Source of the DNA: Sideroxydans sp.
Lineage (GTDB): Bacteria; Pseudomonadota; Gammaproteobacteria; Burkholderiales; Gallionellaceae
Length of the DNA: 64,000 nt
Direction: 5' to 3'
Assembly (NCBI GenBank): GCA_027310725.1
Contig: DAIDAG010000066.1
Location: 96,828-160,827 of the forward strand
Part shown: piece after piece, positions 61,047 to 64,000 of the stretch
How the letters are laid out: each line of letters opens with the position of its first letter
Position numbering within the stretch: position 1 is the first letter of the stretch
Made by a program: the position numbers and the translations under genes
Notes under the pieces: generated by a model
What the model was told of the DNA's origin: nothing
The model's input: the letters and a program-made list of their open reading frames with translations, nothing else
Databases searched by the model: none

Positions 61047-61556
61047 ATGCTTAACCTGGTACGCGTCGTTTCACTGTGTCTTGCGCTGGCTGTCGCCACG
61101 ACGGGTTGGACTTCTGACTTGCCCGACCCGGTCCTAACGCCGGGACGAACCAATCCCGACGTTACCCAGGACAACATCCGGCAGACTATATGCGTGCGTG
61201 GCTACTCGAAGTCGATCCGCCCGCCCGCATACTTCACCAATAAGCTAAAACACAACCAGATGCGCGAGTACGGCTATACCGATACCAACCCAAGGGACTA
61301 CGAAGAAGATCACCTTATCGCGCTCTCAATTGGTGGCGCTCCCGACGATCCCAAGAACCTCTGGCCGCAGCCTTGGCATAGCGAGTGGAATGCGGAGAAG
61401 AAAGATCAACTGGAGTTCGTGCTTTTCCGGATGGTGTGCGAGCGGGAAATATCACTGGCCGATGCACAGCAAGCGATGGCAAGGAACTGGATTAAGGCAT
61501 GGAAAGAGCACGTCCCGAACCACCCGAGTTACAGGTATAAAGGCGGACGTGATTGA
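61047..61556 (+). CDS. Secreted HNH-like nuclease-fold protein
   Basis: Signal peptide, LPDPVLTPG, YEEDHLI.LSIGG......NLWPQ, KDQLE. Confidence 0.65.
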   Translation: MLNLVRVVSLCLALAVATTGWTSDLPDPVLTPGRTNPDVTQDNIRQTICVRGYSKSIRPPAYFTNKLKHNQMREYGYTDTNPRDYEEDHLIALSIGGAPDDPKNLWPQPWHSEWNAEKKDQLEFVLFRMVCEREISLADAQQAMARNWIKAWKEHVPNHPSYRYKGGRD

Positions 61557-61562
61557 AGCGAC

Positions 61563-62936
61563 TTATAGGCAGACTTGGTTGACCTCTTCCTTCAGGAAGC
61601 GGATGAAGTGATGATCCGATCCTGACATGTGAGACTCAAACCAGTCCAGGATCAGCATCTTCCCTCTGAATGCCAGATAGCTGAATTCGGATTCCTTTTC
61701 CTCCATCTGCGCCGTAAGCGATTCAAGTTCTACGGCAAACCGTCGGTGCGCGTGGACATGGTGTTCGGCCAGTGGGTACCGGTGTTCTTTCATGAGCGAT
61801 TCTTCAATGGGAAATACGCCGTCGCAATGCCAGCGCAAGAACTTGAGGATGCGCAGCATTGAACCTCGATCGCCATTGGCAACGCTCAACGTCAGTTCGT
61901 TGAGCTTGTTCACTACTTCGCGGGATGCGACATCGAGATCTTCGATTCCGGAACTATGCCTGGGCTTCCATTCAAGCTTCACAGTCATCTCACCGGTACC
62001 GTGATGAATGCCGGAGGCGTGGTAATCCTCGCAACGCCGGAGATAGATTCGCGCCTGTTCGTCTTCCGGAGTGATTTCAAGGCATTCTGAGAACAGGACG
62101 TGGGCATCTTCAATGTTGCGCATGTGATAGAAGGAAACCGCCTTCTCGAACATGGAAATGGTAGTAATTTTAGACCTGCGCAGTACGTGATCGTCACAGT
62201 CGAATACTTCGTATATCGAAACGGGCTGTGTCCGTCCCTTAACCTTGATGCGATCGAGGAAGCGAACGCAGTATTGATCGTTATCAGCCAGGTCGTTCAG
62301 CGTGCTCTGGCTGATAACGATCGGGGTGTGGTACATCTTGGTCGCCTCTTCCAGCCTTGATGCTAGATTGACCGCATCTCCGATTACCGTACTGCTCATA
62401 CGGTGCTCGCCGCCTACGATGCAAACCATGACGATCCCCGTATTCAAGCCGATCCCGATCTGGATGGGGTCGTAATTAGCACGAACTCGTCCCTCGTTGT
62501 AATGGCGTACATGCATGATCATGTCGATCGCGCCGCGCAGCGCATCGTCGGCGCTGGAGGGGAACAGCGCCATTATCCCGTCGCCGATGAACTTGTCCAC
62601 GATTCCGTTACTGTGGGCAATAACGGAATCCATCTGCCCAAAGTAGGAGTTGATGAACCGAAGGCTTTGGCGGGTCGTCATTCCTTCCGTAAGTGACGTG
62701 AAGTTCCTGATGTCGGAAAACATGACAGTCATCTGTTTTTCCGTATGGTCACCCAGCTCAACGCTCAGGATGTCGTGGTCGCCATCCTTCTCGCTGCCGC
62801 AGATCTCCATCAAACGAACCGGTATCAGTTTGCCGTACACCGCGCTTGCCTGGCTGAGCGCAGAGGACAGTTTACCAACAGCAGCGCACTCGCCGGCCAG
62901 ATGGCAGGCAAATTGTTGTGAGAAGGCGGCGTCCAT
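61563..62936 (-). CDS. Class III adenylate/guanylate cyclase with TPR-like linker and C-terminal hemerythrin-like domain
   Basis: FSDIRNFT, DKFIGDGIMALF, IGIGLNTG, GDAVNLASRLE, VKGR; C-terminal W....SSGI..LD...EE.LM...YP...H...H...W...H....D. Confidence 0.88.
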   Translation of the reverse strand: MDAAFSQQFACHLAGECAAVGKLSSALSQASAVYGKLIPVRLMEICGSEKDGDHDILSVELGDHTEKQMTVMFSDIRNFTSLTEGMTTRQSLRFINSYFGQMDSVIAHSNGIVDKFIGDGIMALFPSSADDALRGAIDMIMHVRHYNEGRVRANYDPIQIGIGLNTGIVMVCIVGGEHRMSSTVIGDAVNLASRLEEATKMYHTPIVISQSTLNDLADNDQYCVRFLDRIKVKGRTQPVSIYEVFDCDDHVLRRSKITTISMFEKAVSFYHMRNIEDAHVLFSECLEITPEDEQARIYLRRCEDYHASGIHHGTGEMTVKLEWKPRHSSGIEDLDVASREVVNKLNELTLSVANGDRGSMLRILKFLRWHCDGVFPIEESLMKEHRYPLAEHHVHAHRRFAVELESLTAQMEEKESEFSYLAFRGKMLILDWFESHMSGSDHHFIRFLKEEVNQVCL

Positions 62937-63243
62937 CCCCGACTTAGTCCTGAATTACGCCGTGGTCATTTAAAGGCCGATTTCCACCCTGCATCGTCGG
63001 AAAGAACATATTTTTTTAATCCCTATTATTAGTGTATTGCATATACTTGCACCATGCAATATAGTTTAGCACAACAACATTTTTACGGGGTGATTGCTAT
63101 GTTATTTGGAATACTGGTCGATGGAAGAAGCGAAAACGAGCGTGGAAGCGCGTCTACGCGCCATGTTGGCTTAGTCAGGGTGTTTTTCAGGTTCACCAGG
63201 ATGAAGCTGGCGGATTTTTTCAAGCAAAAAGGGAGGAAGTGAA

Positions 63244-63618
63244 ATGTCTGATATGCAAGCAGTCAAACAACGGATTTCGGTCGGCGACGCGCGGGTTTTC
63301 ATAGCCAAGAACTTTCAGATTGGCGATCTCGTGACAACACGTAGTTTCGAGAAGAGCGGCTTTCGCTGCGACACCAATGTCCTCAACGCTTTGACCGATA
63401 GCGGCGAACTCTCCAGAAAAGGTAGTAAATTTGCCGTTGGCTCGGCCAGAAAGGGGATTGTCCGGGTGGTTGAGTTGAATTGCTACGAAGTAGCCGTTAT
63501 CCGTGAAGAAAAGGAAATCGTTTTTAGTTCCGATGCTCTTCTGTCTGCTATGCCCATTTCCCATCCTGCATTTCACCCCGAAAACTGCTCAACCAGGGTA
63601 AATCGGCTACGCGGATAA
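63244..63618 (+). CDS. Hypothetical protein
   Basis: RBS GGAGG, 124 aa. Confidence 0.55.
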   Translation: MSDMQAVKQRISVGDARVFIAKNFQIGDLVTTRSFEKSGFRCDTNVLNALTDSGELSRKGSKFAVGSARKGIVRVVELNCYEVAVIREEKEIVFSSDALLSAMPISHPAFHPENCSTRVNRLRG

Positions 63619-63645
63619 ATTCAGCTTGTGCCCTTTCTTACGTTG

Positions 63646-63664
63646 CGCAATTATAACACTTGCA
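63646..63664. promoter_or_regulatory. Operator variant CGCA-N11-TGCA
   Basis: Immediately upstream of the methylase at 63688. Confidence 0.5.
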
Positions 63665-63687
63665 CGAAATAACAAGGACGCACCGAT

Positions 63688-64000
63688 ATGAGCATTATCA
63701 CTAAAGAAATTCTACACGGGCATCTATTCTGCGGTCTAGGCGGCGGCACCGCCGGATTCAATGATGGCGAAGCTCGCGTCGGGAACGTAAGAGCAATGTT
63801 CCGCTGCGTGGGCGGGATCGATGTAAATGCTGCCGCGATCAAGGACTTCAAAAAGCTCGTCGGCATGCCCGGCACAGTGTTGGACATGTTTGATCGTGCC
63901 CAATACAAGGCGTTCCACGGTATCGAACCGCCAGTCGGCTGGCGGGAGGCTACACCGGACGATATTCGCCGCGCGATGGGCAATGAGCGTCCTAATATTT
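63688..64000 (+). CDS. DNA cytosine-5 methyltransferase, 3'-truncated by the window edge (absent from the ORF track)
   Basis: MSIITKEILHGHLFCGLGGGTAGF...FRCVGGIDV.AAAI.DF; FxGxGG motif I; frame open to the end. Confidence 0.85.
   Translation, partial: MSIITKEILHGHLFCGLGGGTAGFNDGEARVGNVRAMFRCVGGIDVNAAAIKDFKKLVGMPGTVLDMFDRAQYKAFHGIEPPVGWREATPDDIRRAMGNERPNI

Overview
This 64 kb window is almost entirely + strand and comes from a large mobile element, probably a conjugative plasmid or ICE. No rRNA, tRNA, CRISPR array, integrase or transposase was seen. From left to right it contains: (1) a phage-style replication module (initiator with internal 21-bp-phased TTCC-N3-GGAA iterons, plus a DnaC-like loader); (2) dispersed Dot/Icm type IVB (MPF-I) transfer genes (IcmJ/DotN, IcmB/DotO, an IcmS-like adaptor, TraW/IcmX-like, DotA/TraY); (3) about 20 kb of cargo (C5 methylase, nucleotidyltransferases, UvrD-like helicase, a 1704-aa methylase/Strawberry-notch helicase and many small unknowns); (4) a topoisomerase III split into two separated genes; (5) a ~19 kb defence island (SNF2-DUF4391-Mod-PLD-Res type III R-M variant, YhaO/YhaN-like nuclease/ATPase, Gabija) ending at a broken radC; (6) a secreted HNH-like protein, an adenylate cyclase-hemerythrin fusion and a second C5 methylase. 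The most interesting non-annotated signals are a TGCA-N11-TGCA operator repeated in front of most backbone operons, a shared basic/Met-rich C-terminal tail on many cargo proteins next to an IcmS-like adaptor, a YAKETFDDE N-terminal tag conserved through synonymous changes on two unrelated proteins, the split TopB, and a possible catalytically dead PolB-like protein. All family assignments are by eye from motifs; no database search was run.
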